A stretch of 64,000 nucleotides of DNA from Minisyncoccia bacterium (GCA_041750655.1 JBGSYZ010000011.1:1794-65793); one strand, 5' to 3'. Counted from the first letter of the stretch, positions 47,579 through 57,266 are shown. Notes: generated from the letters alone by a model not told the origin. Numbers and translations: made by a program.

Positions 47579-48366
47579 ATCCCAACAGAATTTACACCAA
47601 TTTTTTGTTCGGCCACTACATTATCTATATAACGTTGTTTTTCAGTTGGATTCCAAAACAAATTCTTGATTAGAGTGATCATTATTTTGGCACCATCAAC
47701 AAACGGACGTAAGTTTGATTCTCCGGCTCGAGAGTGATAACTAATAGGCACAGAGTAAATGACTTCATCTAGTTTGGCCATTTTAGTCATCATTTCCATT
47801 TCAATTGCAAAACCCTCAGAAACAAGATGTGATCTGAGATTAACAATTGCTTTGCGATTCCAAGCGTAGTAGCCAGTCAATACATCAGTAATATTCACTC
47901 CAAACAGTACGCGCACCAAGAAAGTGTATAAATAATTAGCCATCAAATTAAATCTTTTCATTGAACCCTCACTCATTTTCCCGTACAGCCGTGAACCAAC
48001 AACAACTGTACAAAAATTTGATTGCAGTGGCTCAATCAACCTTAGAATCTCCTCCGGACGATACGTATCATCACCATCAAGCATTACCACAAAGTCAGTG
48101 TCATCAGAGATACTATAAAAACCCGTCTTGATAGCGTTGCCTTTACCTTTTTTAAGCTCAGACACAACCAATGCTCCGTGAGCAGCAGCCACTTTTGCCG
48201 TATCATCTTTAGAATTGTTATCAATAACAATAACTTCCAACTCAAGACCCCGTTTACGCAGTTCTTCTCTTGGGAAACCATCAATAACACTGCCAATACC
48301 GGCCTCTTCGTTGTAGCACGGTACTAACACCGTAACTTTTTTTAAAATTTTACTCATAATTTTCAA
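47575..48366 (-). CDS. Glycosyltransferase family 2 (polyprenyl-phosphate sugar transferase/DPM1-like, soluble)
   Basis: 263 aa. VLVPCYNEE, VIVIDNNSKDDT, MLDGDDTY (DxD) motifs of GT2. Confidence 0.8.
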   Translation of the reverse strand: MKIMSKILKKVTVLVPCYNEEAGIGSVIDGFPREELRKRGLELEVIVIDNNSKDDTAKVAAAHGALVVSELKKGKGNAIKTGFYSISDDTDFVVMLDGDDTYRPEEILRLIEPLQSNFCTVVVGSRLYGKMSEGSMKRFNLMANYLYTFLVRVLFGVNITDVLTGYYAWNRKAIVNLRSHLVSEGFAIEMEMMTKMAKLDEVIYSVPISYHSRAGESNLRPFVDGAKIMITLIKNLFWNPTEKQRYIDNVVAEQKIGVNSVGI

Positions 48367-48823
48367 TTACTTTAAAGTGAATAGACTGATCAAGTTCTGG
48401 TAAGTCAATTAGAAGCATGGAAGATGATGTAATGTTTGGAGATAACAAAAGACGGACATCAATAACTTTACGAGTACCCTTAACTACAAAAATGGTACCC
48501 TCAGCAATACTGACGTTTCCAAGCTCAGGTGTCTGTAAGTAGACGACATACTTGTAACTTTTATTTGCACTCTCATTATTGGCAATAACAAATGATATTG
48601 GCAATACTTCACCTACTTGAACTTCACGCAAAGAACTTGGCCGGTTATTCAAATATAATTCTGTAAAATATTCATCCTGCGGTAAAATTTTATATTTTTC
48701 TACAGCTGCTGATATTTTTCCTGTCGTTAGAAAAAAAACACTTAATACAATGACTGCAACAAAAAAGCCTGCGAGGATCGCTTTCTTTTTAACTGCAATA
48801 ATTTGTAAAAGATTCTTATTCAC
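48350..48823 (-). CDS. Small N-terminally anchored protein (hypothetical)
   Basis: 157 aa. TM LAGFFVAVIVLSVFFL. No recognisable motif. First gene of the glycan operon, overlapping the GT2 start by 17 nt. Confidence 0.4.
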   Translation of the reverse strand: MNKNLLQIIAVKKKAILAGFFVAVIVLSVFFLTTGKISAAVEKYKILPQDEYFTELYLNNRPSSLREVQVGEVLPISFVIANNESANKSYKYVVYLQTPELGNVSIAEGTIFVVKGTRKVIDVRLLLSPNITSSSMLLIDLPELDQSIHFKVIENYE

Positions 48824-49103
48824 AAAACAATTTATCGTTTATCAACATCAAGAAATACTGCGTTAGGTAACGCTTTTTTCAACATATTTTTAAACGAACA
48901 ACCTCCTTTAACTCACCTAGCATGTTGGTGAAAGTTATGTAAACATCCACAAAACTCTAAGTGCCGAAACTCTAGCACACTTTTATAAATTTGTCACTAC
49001 TTAGCCTCTTGATAGTATTTTGATTAGTACAATTAAAAAACTATATTTAGAGCCATATTATTAACATCTTTATAACCATTTTTGAATACCCATTTTTGAT
49101 TAA

Positions 49104-49128
49104 ATAAGGAAATGAGCTCAAATATCTC
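49104..49128 (-). terminator. Candidate terminator hairpin just downstream of 49134..50393
   Basis: gaaatgag-ctcaaatat-ctcatttt, a 7-8-bp stem. Confidence 0.3.
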
Positions 49129-49133
49129 ATTTT

Positions 49134-50393
49134 CTAGAACAAATCCCAAATATCTGGATCTTCTTCCCCGTCAAACTTAAAGAATACTACCCCCTTGAGA
49201 TCTAGATCTTCGGTCAAATTAAGCTTATCTTCAGCCGCTTTGGCATCACCCCACGTCAGCATGCGGACCGGAATTTCTACCTTAGCTAGTGTTGCCACTA
49301 ACAGAGCTTTGGCCGCCGCTTCATAACCCTTTGGTGTGCCCTCAGGCGTTGGGAGGGCATTAAAGATTTTCCAGACTGAGTCTTCTGGGAAATAGGTGAT
49401 GATGGCTTCTCCGCCAGCAGTCCGACCAATTGGAACATTATAAATTTTAGATAACTCAACTGCTCGAGAATGATCTACTGAAGCTACGCGAGTGTAATCT
49501 TTGTACCATTCTGAAGCCACTGTTACATCGTAGGCTCGGCCATAGGTTGGAATACCTAACATTACCTTATCTTCATCAATGTCTTCTAGAGCAAAATCTA
49601 CAACGTGTTCAACCCAATCAATATCAGCGACCGGATTATACGGCAAACCCTTACGTAAATCATTGAAGTATAAATCAGCGCGTTGTTGGTCGTAGGCCAT
49701 GATTTCTACCCAATCACAATACTTATTCATCTCCTTGTAATCATTGGCGTACGTTATTTTGGCGGGGATTTGGTCTGGTCGCCAACGGTGATCTGGCTCC
49801 ATACGAGCCTCAATAGTGCAGCTAAGCGTATTGCGACCAAGCTTCTTTTTTAACTCCTTCAAGAAAAGTGAATAATCATCTTTTGTTTCCGACCATTTTT
49901 CTTCAAAGTCGATGTTAATACCATCAAAGTCATTATCATCCACCAAATTATCAATGTTATTGATGAGTTTTTTGCGTTGTTTTTTGTCTGACAAAACGGC
50001 ATGGATTCCCTCACCATTAAACCAGGCAATGGTAGGGATAATATCAACTCGTTCATCACGTGCCTTATCTAGTAAGTCTTCCCACACTCCATTTTCAATA
50101 TCCACTTTAGCTTTAATGGTGCCGCCGCCTTCAATTTCGTAAATAAATGGATACAATGTATCTATATTTTGTACTTTAGTAGTCACCTCTTTTACACCAC
50201 TATCTTCGGTCCACCACGGCACCCAACCAGCTATATCGGGACTAGCAGCTTTAACACCAACTGGAAATAGTATCCATAATAAAAAGCCGAGAATGAGAAG
50301 CATCACGGCTACATCAGCCAATTTTTTAACCCAACCTTTATTACCAGCGTTCATGCTGTCTATGACGGATGAAACGATAAATTCTTTCTGCAT
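49134..50393 (-). CDS. Glycoside hydrolase family 18-like protein (chitinase/peptidoglycan hydrolase fold), N-terminally anchored
   Basis: 419 aa. TM VAVMLLILGFLLWILF. DGINIDFEE (GH18 DxxDxDxE catalytic motif), MAYDQQ (MxYD), GIPTYGRAYD. Confidence 0.75.
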   Translation of the reverse strand: MQKEFIVSSVIDSMNAGNKGWVKKLADVAVMLLILGFLLWILFPVGVKAASPDIAGWVPWWTEDSGVKEVTTKVQNIDTLYPFIYEIEGGGTIKAKVDIENGVWEDLLDKARDERVDIIPTIAWFNGEGIHAVLSDKKQRKKLINNIDNLVDDNDFDGINIDFEEKWSETKDDYSLFLKELKKKLGRNTLSCTIEARMEPDHRWRPDQIPAKITYANDYKEMNKYCDWVEIMAYDQQRADLYFNDLRKGLPYNPVADIDWVEHVVDFALEDIDEDKVMLGIPTYGRAYDVTVASEWYKDYTRVASVDHSRAVELSKIYNVPIGRTAGGEAIITYFPEDSVWKIFNALPTPEGTPKGYEAAAKALLVATLAKVEIPVRMLTWGDAKAAEDKLNLTEDLDLKGVVFFKFDGEEDPDIWDLF

Positions 50394-50401
50394 AGAAAAA
50401 A

Positions 50402-50854
50402 TTATTTATTAAAAACTCTTACGCTTCCAACAACCTGTCCCCAAACCCAACAATCATCATGATCAGCAATATGTATTGGCTCGTAGTCTTCATTGGCCGA
50501 AATAAGTCTAGTGTGAGAACCAATCTTCTCTAAAAACTTCACCACCATTTCACCAAACACTGCAGCTACCACAATCGAGCCATTTTTCGGCTCGAGCGAA
50601 CGATCAACCACTAGAACATCATTGTCAAAAATACCTGCCCCTTCCATCGAGTCTCCTTGGACCCTCACATAAAACGTAGAAGCTGGATTTTCAACCACCA
50701 AATCATTAATATCGAGCATTTTCTCGATCTGGTCGTCACCAGGCGCTGGGAAACCGGCCGCTGGCTGCGAGGAAAAAAGCGGTGCTTTTTTCCTCCCGCT
50801 TTTACCTCTGCCACTCATCTTGGCCATTTCTTTAACTGTAGTTTCAGTTTTCAT
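50402..50854 (-). CDS. umuD: UmuD-like S24 peptidase (LexA C-terminal-domain homolog without DNA-binding domain)
   Basis: 150 aa. GDSMEGAGIFDNDVLVVD (Ser nucleophile region) and downstream Lys region. The N-terminal 60 aa is Gly/Lys/Pro-rich, not a winged HTH. Located 12 kb from umuC. Confidence 0.65.
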   Translation of the reverse strand: MKTETTVKEMAKMSGRGKSGRKKAPLFSSQPAAGFPAPGDDQIEKMLDINDLVVENPASTFYVRVQGDSMEGAGIFDNDVLVVDRSLEPKNGSIVVAAVFGEMVVKFLEKIGSHTRLISANEDYEPIHIADHDDCWVWGQVVGSVRVFNK

Positions 50855-51143
50855 TTAGCCCTATTATAGCAACCAAACCAAAGGCCGACCATAAGTAACA
50901 AAAAACTCCTAAAACTGAGTGCGGTTCGAGGTGAGAAGCAATTCATTTTGCTTCGCAAGACCTAATCTAATATTCTAAAACATTTAAGAATATTGATTAG
51001 GTGTACAGCCTCTGTAAGAGGTCTAGAGGTTTTAAAACTAGATGAAATTCGAGGAATTTAGGATTTGGTTAAATGAGCCCTAGTAATTCTACGGTAATTG
51101 AAAATAAATCCATAACGATAAATACATTCCAGTTTTAGGAGTT

Positions 51144-52229
51144 TTACATGATTACAGCACCACCCGCTATAGTCAGATGCACATAGGCGAGTAAAGCCAT
51201 CATTGCTAATAGCCCAGTACCATATGCAATCTGAATCGGATGTTGTTTGCGGATTTCAATCAAAATAGAGGCTAACAGAATAGACAACACGAACATTGCT
51301 GTCACGCCGTAGACCATATTTAAGATTGTCTGAGGCTGGGTAGCAATACGGGCAACAGTAGAAATCGGTTGGTTAGGAATTGAAGCTGGTTGGACAAACT
51401 CTGCACCAGCAACTGTTTGTGAAGTCTCAGCAGTATCACTCACTAATAATACCGGTTCGTTACTAGCATTAACAACTTCAGTGACCTCAGTTTCCGGAAG
51501 AGGAGCTGGTTCTGGTTCAAATTTAGAATCAACTGCGGCTACCGGCACTGGGGCTGGAGTCCGAGCAGTTTCTACTGCTACAGCTGTTTCAGTAGGGGTT
51601 GGTTTAGCTAAGGCTAGGGTACCAGCAGATTTAACTGGTGTACCAAATAATTGAACAACGAACACCGTCTCATAGCCTTGATACTCACCTTTAGCAGTTC
51701 CAACTCCAATTTCAGTATAATTACCATTTAAAATATTATCCCGGTGCGACGGAGAATTCATCCAGGCATCTACCACCTCATCCGAATCAGTAAAATGCAC
51801 CGCTAGGTTTTCACCAGCATGAATATAATTGTACCCAGCCATATCAAACCAGTGCCAGGGCGAAGTACCATCAGGGGCGTAGTGAGCAAAGTAGCTGTTC
51901 TGTGCCATATTTTCAGCCTTAAGCTGGGCAGCACGATCCAGCACCTCATTTCTTATTAAATCACCAAGAGCAACGTCTTCTCGAGATTTGTTAGTCAAAT
52001 CAACTACTACGGCTGGCAACACAGTCGAAACCAACCAAGAAGAATTCATCCACAAGAGAGCTTGTAAATTAGCAAAAGTAAAGGTCAACATAACCAAAAT
52101 ACTCATGCACACAACCGCTGTTTTTTGTAGTGAGTGCGGCTTATAATCGTTCCCTTGATACGGAACAAAATAATTTTTTAACCGTTTTTTCATTTCTAAC
52201 ATTATACCATATATTATGATATATATCAA
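51144..52229 (-). CDS. CAP/SCP/PR-1-like domain membrane protein
   Basis: 361 aa. N-terminal TM; YFAHYAPDGTSPWHW...GENLAVHF...WMNSPSHRDNILNGNYTEIGVG (CAP domain signature); Ala/Pro/Thr-rich linker; two C-terminal TM helices. Confidence 0.6.
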   Translation of the reverse strand: MIYIIIYGIMLEMKKRLKNYFVPYQGNDYKPHSLQKTAVVCMSILVMLTFTFANLQALLWMNSSWLVSTVLPAVVVDLTNKSREDVALGDLIRNEVLDRAAQLKAENMAQNSYFAHYAPDGTSPWHWFDMAGYNYIHAGENLAVHFTDSDEVVDAWMNSPSHRDNILNGNYTEIGVGTAKGEYQGYETVFVVQLFGTPVKSAGTLALAKPTPTETAVAVETARTPAPVPVAAVDSKFEPEPAPLPETEVTEVVNASNEPVLLVSDTAETSQTVAGAEFVQPASIPNQPISTVARIATQPQTILNMVYGVTAMFVLSILLASILIEIRKQHPIQIAYGTGLLAMMALLAYVHLTIAGGAVIM

Positions 52230-52246
52230 TACTATCTATAGTACCA

Positions 52247-52879
52247 CTACTCGCCTTTCAATTCTGCAAAAACTATCAAATTATGTGAATATCTCTGTGC
52301 ACCTTTGTTAAAGATACCAGAACACGTAATCAGTCTTAAACCTGCATAGTTTATGTTTCCGTATACCTCCTCAGTTGGAAAACCAGACTGAGGATGCCGT
52401 TCCAAGTTGGTAACAATAAAAGTAGCCGTAGTGCCATCTTCTCTATCAATATCTATTTCGTCACCAACGTCTAGCTGTCCGAGGGAATAAAAAATAGCCG
52501 GGCCATGTATCGAATCAACATGTCCAAGTATCACGGCTGGACCAAGTTCACCTGGTGTCGGGCCATATTTGTAATACCCAACGGTATCGTAGGCATCAGG
52601 CACGGCCACCTCGCCGTCTTTATTTAAGCCCAGTGGTGCTTCAAAATCCGCCACTACATTAATTTTTGGAATTCGTATTTGTAGCGGTTTAGATTTAGGT
52701 AGTATGGGTCCAGAAATAGTGTTTTCACTAATAGTATTTACTTCTGGAACAACAACTTCTTGTGGTTGTGAATACACAACAATGACTGAAGTAACAAAAA
52801 ATAAAACAGCAAACGCCACCATCAAATGATGGGGGCGTACTGTTTTTTGTGTAAAGAGTGAAGTTACCTTATCGTACAT
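52247..52879 (-). CDS. Sortase (class E/F-like transpeptidase)
   Basis: The ORF track starts at a TTG (52897). ATG at 52879 (MYDKVTS...) is more plausible. N-terminal TM; catalytic His (ILGHVDS), TLXTC motif (LRLITCSG), conserved Arg (RYSHNLIVFA). Confidence 0.8.
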   Translation of the reverse strand: MYDKVTSLFTQKTVRPHHLMVAFAVLFFVTSVIVVYSQPQEVVVPEVNTISENTISGPILPKSKPLQIRIPKINVVADFEAPLGLNKDGEVAVPDAYDTVGYYKYGPTPGELGPAVILGHVDSIHGPAIFYSLGQLDVGDEIDIDREDGTTATFIVTNLERHPQSGFPTEEVYGNINYAGLRLITCSGIFNKGAQRYSHNLIVFAELKGE

Positions 52880-55670
52880 ATCGCTTGCTGCTAGCAATCG
52901 CTACCATACCAAGCCATGCTGTAGGAATAGACACTGGAGATGTTGGAGAAGCTCCACCTGCACCAGCGTTTGGTGCACCAAAAGGTACTACTGATACTTG
53001 TTCACCTAACACTTGTGGAATCGGACCAGCATCACCAGTGCCATCGCTGCTATCACCTGAGCCACCGCCACTCGTTAGTTCAATTTTACGACCACCGCCA
53101 CCTCCGCCACCACTCGTAGTAGTAATGGTAGTTGTGCTGTTAAGACCAAAGTGAGCCACTAGGTCAATATTGCTGTTCATAGTTACCTGACATGGAGTGG
53201 TGTTACCAGTACAGGTGCCAGCACCTGTTGTCCAACTGCTGTCAAAATTTGAACCCTCATCTGCCACAGCTTGAAGATCAACCACTGTTCCAGCCTCATA
53301 AGTCATTTCACAAATATTTTCTTCACCACCATTGGTAGAGCAAGAAATACCATCTTGTTCTGAAGTCACACTACCAGAACCATCACCGGTAATCTCAACA
53401 GTAAGTGTGTATTCATCATCTGAACCTTCTGGTTCACACACCAATGAAACATTATCTAAGAACGTTCCGATTGAACCTAACTCGCCATCGTCAGCAAATG
53501 CAATTGGAGTTTCCTCACCAGTAGCTACAAAACTATACGTGTATGAATTCCAATCTGTGTCGTCAGAAGTCATAGCACTTTGTTCGTCAACAACAGTGTC
53601 GTCAACAAATACCTGTAGCCGATTTTCGTTTTCATCCGTGTCTGGTCGAGCTGAAAAGTCCCAAGTAAGAGTATATGTTTTGCCTGGAATTGTTGGAATT
53701 ACTTGACTAATATGTGTTTGAGCTACCTCGCCAGAACCATCATTAGAACCTGGACCTCCCCAATCAGAATCCAGTTCTGCATACTGGTTACCTTCTGATG
53801 GAGTCCATAGTTCGCTAGTTTGCACTTCTAGATTAGCAATGGCTGGAGCCCCCAAAGAGAACACCCAATCAATCATCCAACCGAGACCAGCCATGCCACT
53901 TTGGAAAATATCCCAACCAGCTTCGTTATCAACTACCACATCCTCGAAACCACCATTAGTAAGAAGATTTACATCAGCTTCACAGGTAAGTGGTTCTTCA
54001 CTATTGTCATCATCGCCAACATAGATGTTAATAATATGACAAACAACTTCATCATCTTCATCACTAAGTTTTATAATGTTTGAATCTCCTTTCTTCCAAG
54101 AAAAACCTCCTCGGAAATCATTCCAAGATTGTGCTTCTTTCCAGTCATGTTCTTTTTCATCTTCCTTACCTTTTCCGCGATAAAAATCTTTGTCGTGACT
54201 GTATTCCTTGTCCCAATCCTTATCATCTGACTCAACCTTACAATAGGTAGCTACATGCTCGTATCCAGCTGGAATATCTACTTCATTAATTTCATATTCT
54301 TGCCCAACATATACGTCACTCCAACCAAGTCCAGACTCGTTGAAGTTCTGTGGATCAAGATCACCAACTTGGAAACTAAAATCAGAAAGATCAGCCGGGC
54401 CTTTATTTTCACCCTTAATCCATTTTACAATCTTAATTTCTCCTTCTGGCTCGACGTCAAATTCACAAACCTTTTCTGACGCATCAACTGCGTCTAAATC
54501 AAATCCATCTGCATCAGCGTCGTGAAGTGAAGCATCTGAAGTGTCAGTTACTCGCACAAACTTAATCCAAGCAAGACCAGTACCACTGAAGTCAAAATAA
54601 CTTACGCGAGTAGCGGTGTCATCTAGGTTACTAGCGGTACCAACTTCGTACCAACTGCTTCCATTTTGACTTACTTCAATCAGGGCTGATTCTTCTGGAT
54701 ATGAGTTTCCGTTAGTAGCTTCGTGGATTGAGATATCGTCACCGTCTACATCGATTACATGACCGTCAAATTCAGTCACAATAGAACCACCAAAACCAAG
54801 AGAGAAGAACCCATCTGAGCCACCATTTGACCAATCAGCTTCACCAAGGACATCATCAGTATTAGAACGGTTGTCATCTACGTCTGCACCGCTTTTTTTT
54901 GTTCCTTGTTCATAATCAGCCACTGAAGAAGCCCAGGCTGGCTCCTGATCTACACAAATGGTCACCTCGTTGTCATCAACTGGATCACCGCAATTTTGTG
55001 TTTCTTCATCGCACTCCTCAAAATCTCCTTCGTTTATATCTATTTCACAAGAACCATCATCTTCTGTTGCTTCCGCGTTGTAATTAGTTGCTTCCGCATC
55101 CATACATCCGTAAACAGGTTCTGCGTCTGGGAAAGTACACGAGTCATCTTCTATAGTCGCTTCAGGATTATAGTTTGAAGCAGAATCATCAGTACAACCC
55201 GTCACTTCTACCACTTCTGGAGTATTTACATGGACATCAATCTGATACGGAGAACCGATTGGTGAGTCCTCACCATCATAAAGCTGAACAGAAACAGTGT
55301 AATCACCGGGAGTACTGTTGCTATAACAAACTCCTTTATTGCCAGTAATAGCAAACTGGTTGTCTCCATCAGGTGTATCTGAGTTGCAGGCACCACCGGT
55401 TGTACCATTGTAAAAACTACCACCGCCATCATCAGATACCACAATATAGGTACTGTCAGTACTTGATGCATCATCAAGTACTGTCGAGACTACAAAGTTA
55501 CCTTTTTCATCAACCTCTAGCGTCAAGTCAGATGGAGTAGCCGTTATGCCAGTAGTAGCCGCATGGGCTACAGACGCCGAAAACGGCAAAAAGCTGAGCA
55601 ACATCGAAACCGCCGTTAGAAAAGCGAGCGCTTGTCCACTAAGACGATTTTGGGTAGTAAAAATATTCAT
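52869..55670 (-). CDS. Secreted 933-aa surface protein with Cys-bracketed NYN..DDGSC repeats, Gly-rich segment and hydrophobic/basic C-terminal tail (candidate sortase substrate)
   Basis: Signal peptide (ALAFLTAVSMLLSFLPFSASVAHA). Three repeats of the form GCTDDSASNYNPEATIEDDSCTF / YGCMDAEATNYNAEATEDDGSCE. A GGGGGGG run. C-terminus ...SPVSIPTAWLGMVAIASSKRYVR (short polar motif, then hydrophobic stretch, then KRYVR). The stop codon is overlapped by the sortase gene. Confidence 0.65.
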   Translation of the reverse strand: MNIFTTQNRLSGQALAFLTAVSMLLSFLPFSASVAHAATTGITATPSDLTLEVDEKGNFVVSTVLDDASSTDSTYIVVSDDGGGSFYNGTTGGACNSDTPDGDNQFAITGNKGVCYSNSTPGDYTVSVQLYDGEDSPIGSPYQIDVHVNTPEVVEVTGCTDDSASNYNPEATIEDDSCTFPDAEPVYGCMDAEATNYNAEATEDDGSCEIDINEGDFEECDEETQNCGDPVDDNEVTICVDQEPAWASSVADYEQGTKKSGADVDDNRSNTDDVLGEADWSNGGSDGFFSLGFGGSIVTEFDGHVIDVDGDDISIHEATNGNSYPEESALIEVSQNGSSWYEVGTASNLDDTATRVSYFDFSGTGLAWIKFVRVTDTSDASLHDADADGFDLDAVDASEKVCEFDVEPEGEIKIVKWIKGENKGPADLSDFSFQVGDLDPQNFNESGLGWSDVYVGQEYEINEVDIPAGYEHVATYCKVESDDKDWDKEYSHDKDFYRGKGKEDEKEHDWKEAQSWNDFRGGFSWKKGDSNIIKLSDEDDEVVCHIINIYVGDDDNSEEPLTCEADVNLLTNGGFEDVVVDNEAGWDIFQSGMAGLGWMIDWVFSLGAPAIANLEVQTSELWTPSEGNQYAELDSDWGGPGSNDGSGEVAQTHISQVIPTIPGKTYTLTWDFSARPDTDENENRLQVFVDDTVVDEQSAMTSDDTDWNSYTYSFVATGEETPIAFADDGELGSIGTFLDNVSLVCEPEGSDDEYTLTVEITGDGSGSVTSEQDGISCSTNGGEENICEMTYEAGTVVDLQAVADEGSNFDSSWTTGAGTCTGNTTPCQVTMNSNIDLVAHFGLNSTTTITTTSGGGGGGGRKIELTSGGGSGDSSDGTGDAGPIPQVLGEQVSVVPFGAPNAGAGGASPTSPVSIPTAWLGMVAIASSKRYVR

Positions 55671-55911
55671 GTTTTTTAAAGTAAATAGTTAATTAACAAA
55701 AATAACACCGTATTCGAATTTCCCCATTCAAATACCGCTATCTTTCTTAATTGTTTTGTTAATATCCCACACCTAGCTAATTCGCTATATGTTGGACACA
55801 CACTACACCTTTTGTAAAAAAAGCGCAAGTCACACCACTGTTTTTATTTTTTGCAAGTTTAGGCTAAAAAACACTATGGACTTTGGCCATTAAATAGCGC
55901 ACAATGCGGCC

Positions 55912-56628
55912 ATGAATGAACCAGTACGTATAAACAAATACCTGGCTGAACGTGGTTTAGCTTCCCGTCGTGAAGCCGATACGCTTATTGCTGCTGGGCA
56001 GGTTCTAATTAATGGCAAACCAGCTCTACTTGGGCAAAAAGTGACTTTGGCAGACAAAGTCGAAATAGTGGGTAAACAAAAAGAGAAAATTTACCTAGCC
56101 TATTACAAAGCTCGAGGCATCATTACCCATTCACCGGCTGAACACGAAATTGATATTGAAACCCAAATTAAAAATGATCATGGTATAGATAATGTACATC
56201 CCGTCGGTCGGCTCGATAAAGATTCGGAGGGTTTGATTATTCTTTCCAACGACGGCCTTATCACGGGTCCACTCTTGGATCCTGAAGCAAGACACGAAAA
56301 AGAGTATGAAGTGGTTGTCGACAAGGATATTAATTCCCCGTTTTTAAAAAGAATGACCACTGGTGTAGAGATTGAAGGCTATCTCACCAAACCAGCGCAT
56401 GCAGAACTTAAAAAAGGGTCTGATAAAAAACGTTTCCTGCTCACCATTACTGAAGGAAAGAAACACCAAATCCGACGCATGTGCGCCGCCTTGGGTTACC
56501 AAGTCCAGTCTTTAAAACGTATACGTGTAGCCAACATAAAAATAGACAGATTAAAACCACATCAGTATCGTAAAATAATTGGTGATGAACTTAAAGATTT
56601 TTTAGACGAACTTAATCTAAATAACTAA
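55912..56628 (+). CDS. rRNA pseudouridine synthase, RsuA/RluB/RluF family
   Basis: 238 aa. N-terminal S4 RNA-binding domain (RINKYLAERGLASRREADTLIAAGQVLINGK), catalytic GRLDKDSEGLIILSNDG, and KKHQIRRM motif. Confidence 0.85.
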   Translation: MNEPVRINKYLAERGLASRREADTLIAAGQVLINGKPALLGQKVTLADKVEIVGKQKEKIYLAYYKARGIITHSPAEHEIDIETQIKNDHGIDNVHPVGRLDKDSEGLIILSNDGLITGPLLDPEARHEKEYEVVVDKDINSPFLKRMTTGVEIEGYLTKPAHAELKKGSDKKRFLLTITEGKKHQIRRMCAALGYQVQSLKRIRVANIKIDRLKPHQYRKIIGDELKDFLDELNLNN

Positions 56629-57266
56629 GCACTAGTTATTTTGCGACGATACCAAAACCAAGCGAAGAAAATTAGAGTCAATAAGGCAAACAACGGTACG
56701 TACACGTACTTGTTACCTATCATTCCGATAGTCCCTAGACCAAGTCCATTGCGAAGTGTTTTGATGTCTTTAAGAGTATTAAGGTAACTTCCATTATCAT
56801 CTTCGTATCCTAACTTGAGAACATACCTACCAATATTATTAGGGTTGCTCACTTCTAGTCGATACACTCCTGGCTCCAGCCGATCATTAAACGTAGGGTT
56901 TTCATTAAAACTAAGCCCGGAGATAGGATCGGTGAAAGCAGTCCACTCGACCTTATCAGCTGTCCTCCGCATGACCTCGGTCACCCCCCGCTCTGCTTTT
57001 TTTACTAAAAGAACCGAAATCTTTTCGGGGTCTAAAGCACCCTCTGGGTACATTACCTGAACATTGAGAGTAGTCCCTTCTGTTAAGAGAAATTCAAAGG
57101 TGTGCGGAAAGTTATCAAGTTCTCCAACAAACCACTGCTCAGTGGTAACATCTTTTAATTCAGATATTTTAAACGGTGACGGTTGATCAACGGCAACTGT
57201 TTCATAGGCAAAAACCCCGACTGGAAATAAAAATAAGATGAAAGTAAAAATGACGGTGTATTTCAT
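56625..57266 (-). CDS. Secreted/anchored hypothetical protein
   Basis: 213 aa. Signal peptide (FILFLFPVGVFA), C-terminal TM (VPLFALLTLIFFAWFWYRRK). Confidence 0.4.
   Translation of the reverse strand: MKYTVIFTFILFLFPVGVFAYETVAVDQPSPFKISELKDVTTEQWFVGELDNFPHTFEFLLTEGTTLNVQVMYPEGALDPEKISVLLVKKAERGVTEVMRRTADKVEWTAFTDPISGLSFNENPTFNDRLEPGVYRLEVSNPNNIGRYVLKLGYEDDNGSYLNTLKDIKTLRNGLGLGTIGMIGNKYVYVPLFALLTLIFFAWFWYRRKITSA

Noticed and set aside
50402-50854. LexA repressor
   Set aside because: Only 150 aa. The N-terminal 60 residues are Gly/Lys/Pro-rich with no winged-helix DNA-binding domain. Only the S24 peptidase domain is present, which fits UmuD rather than LexA.
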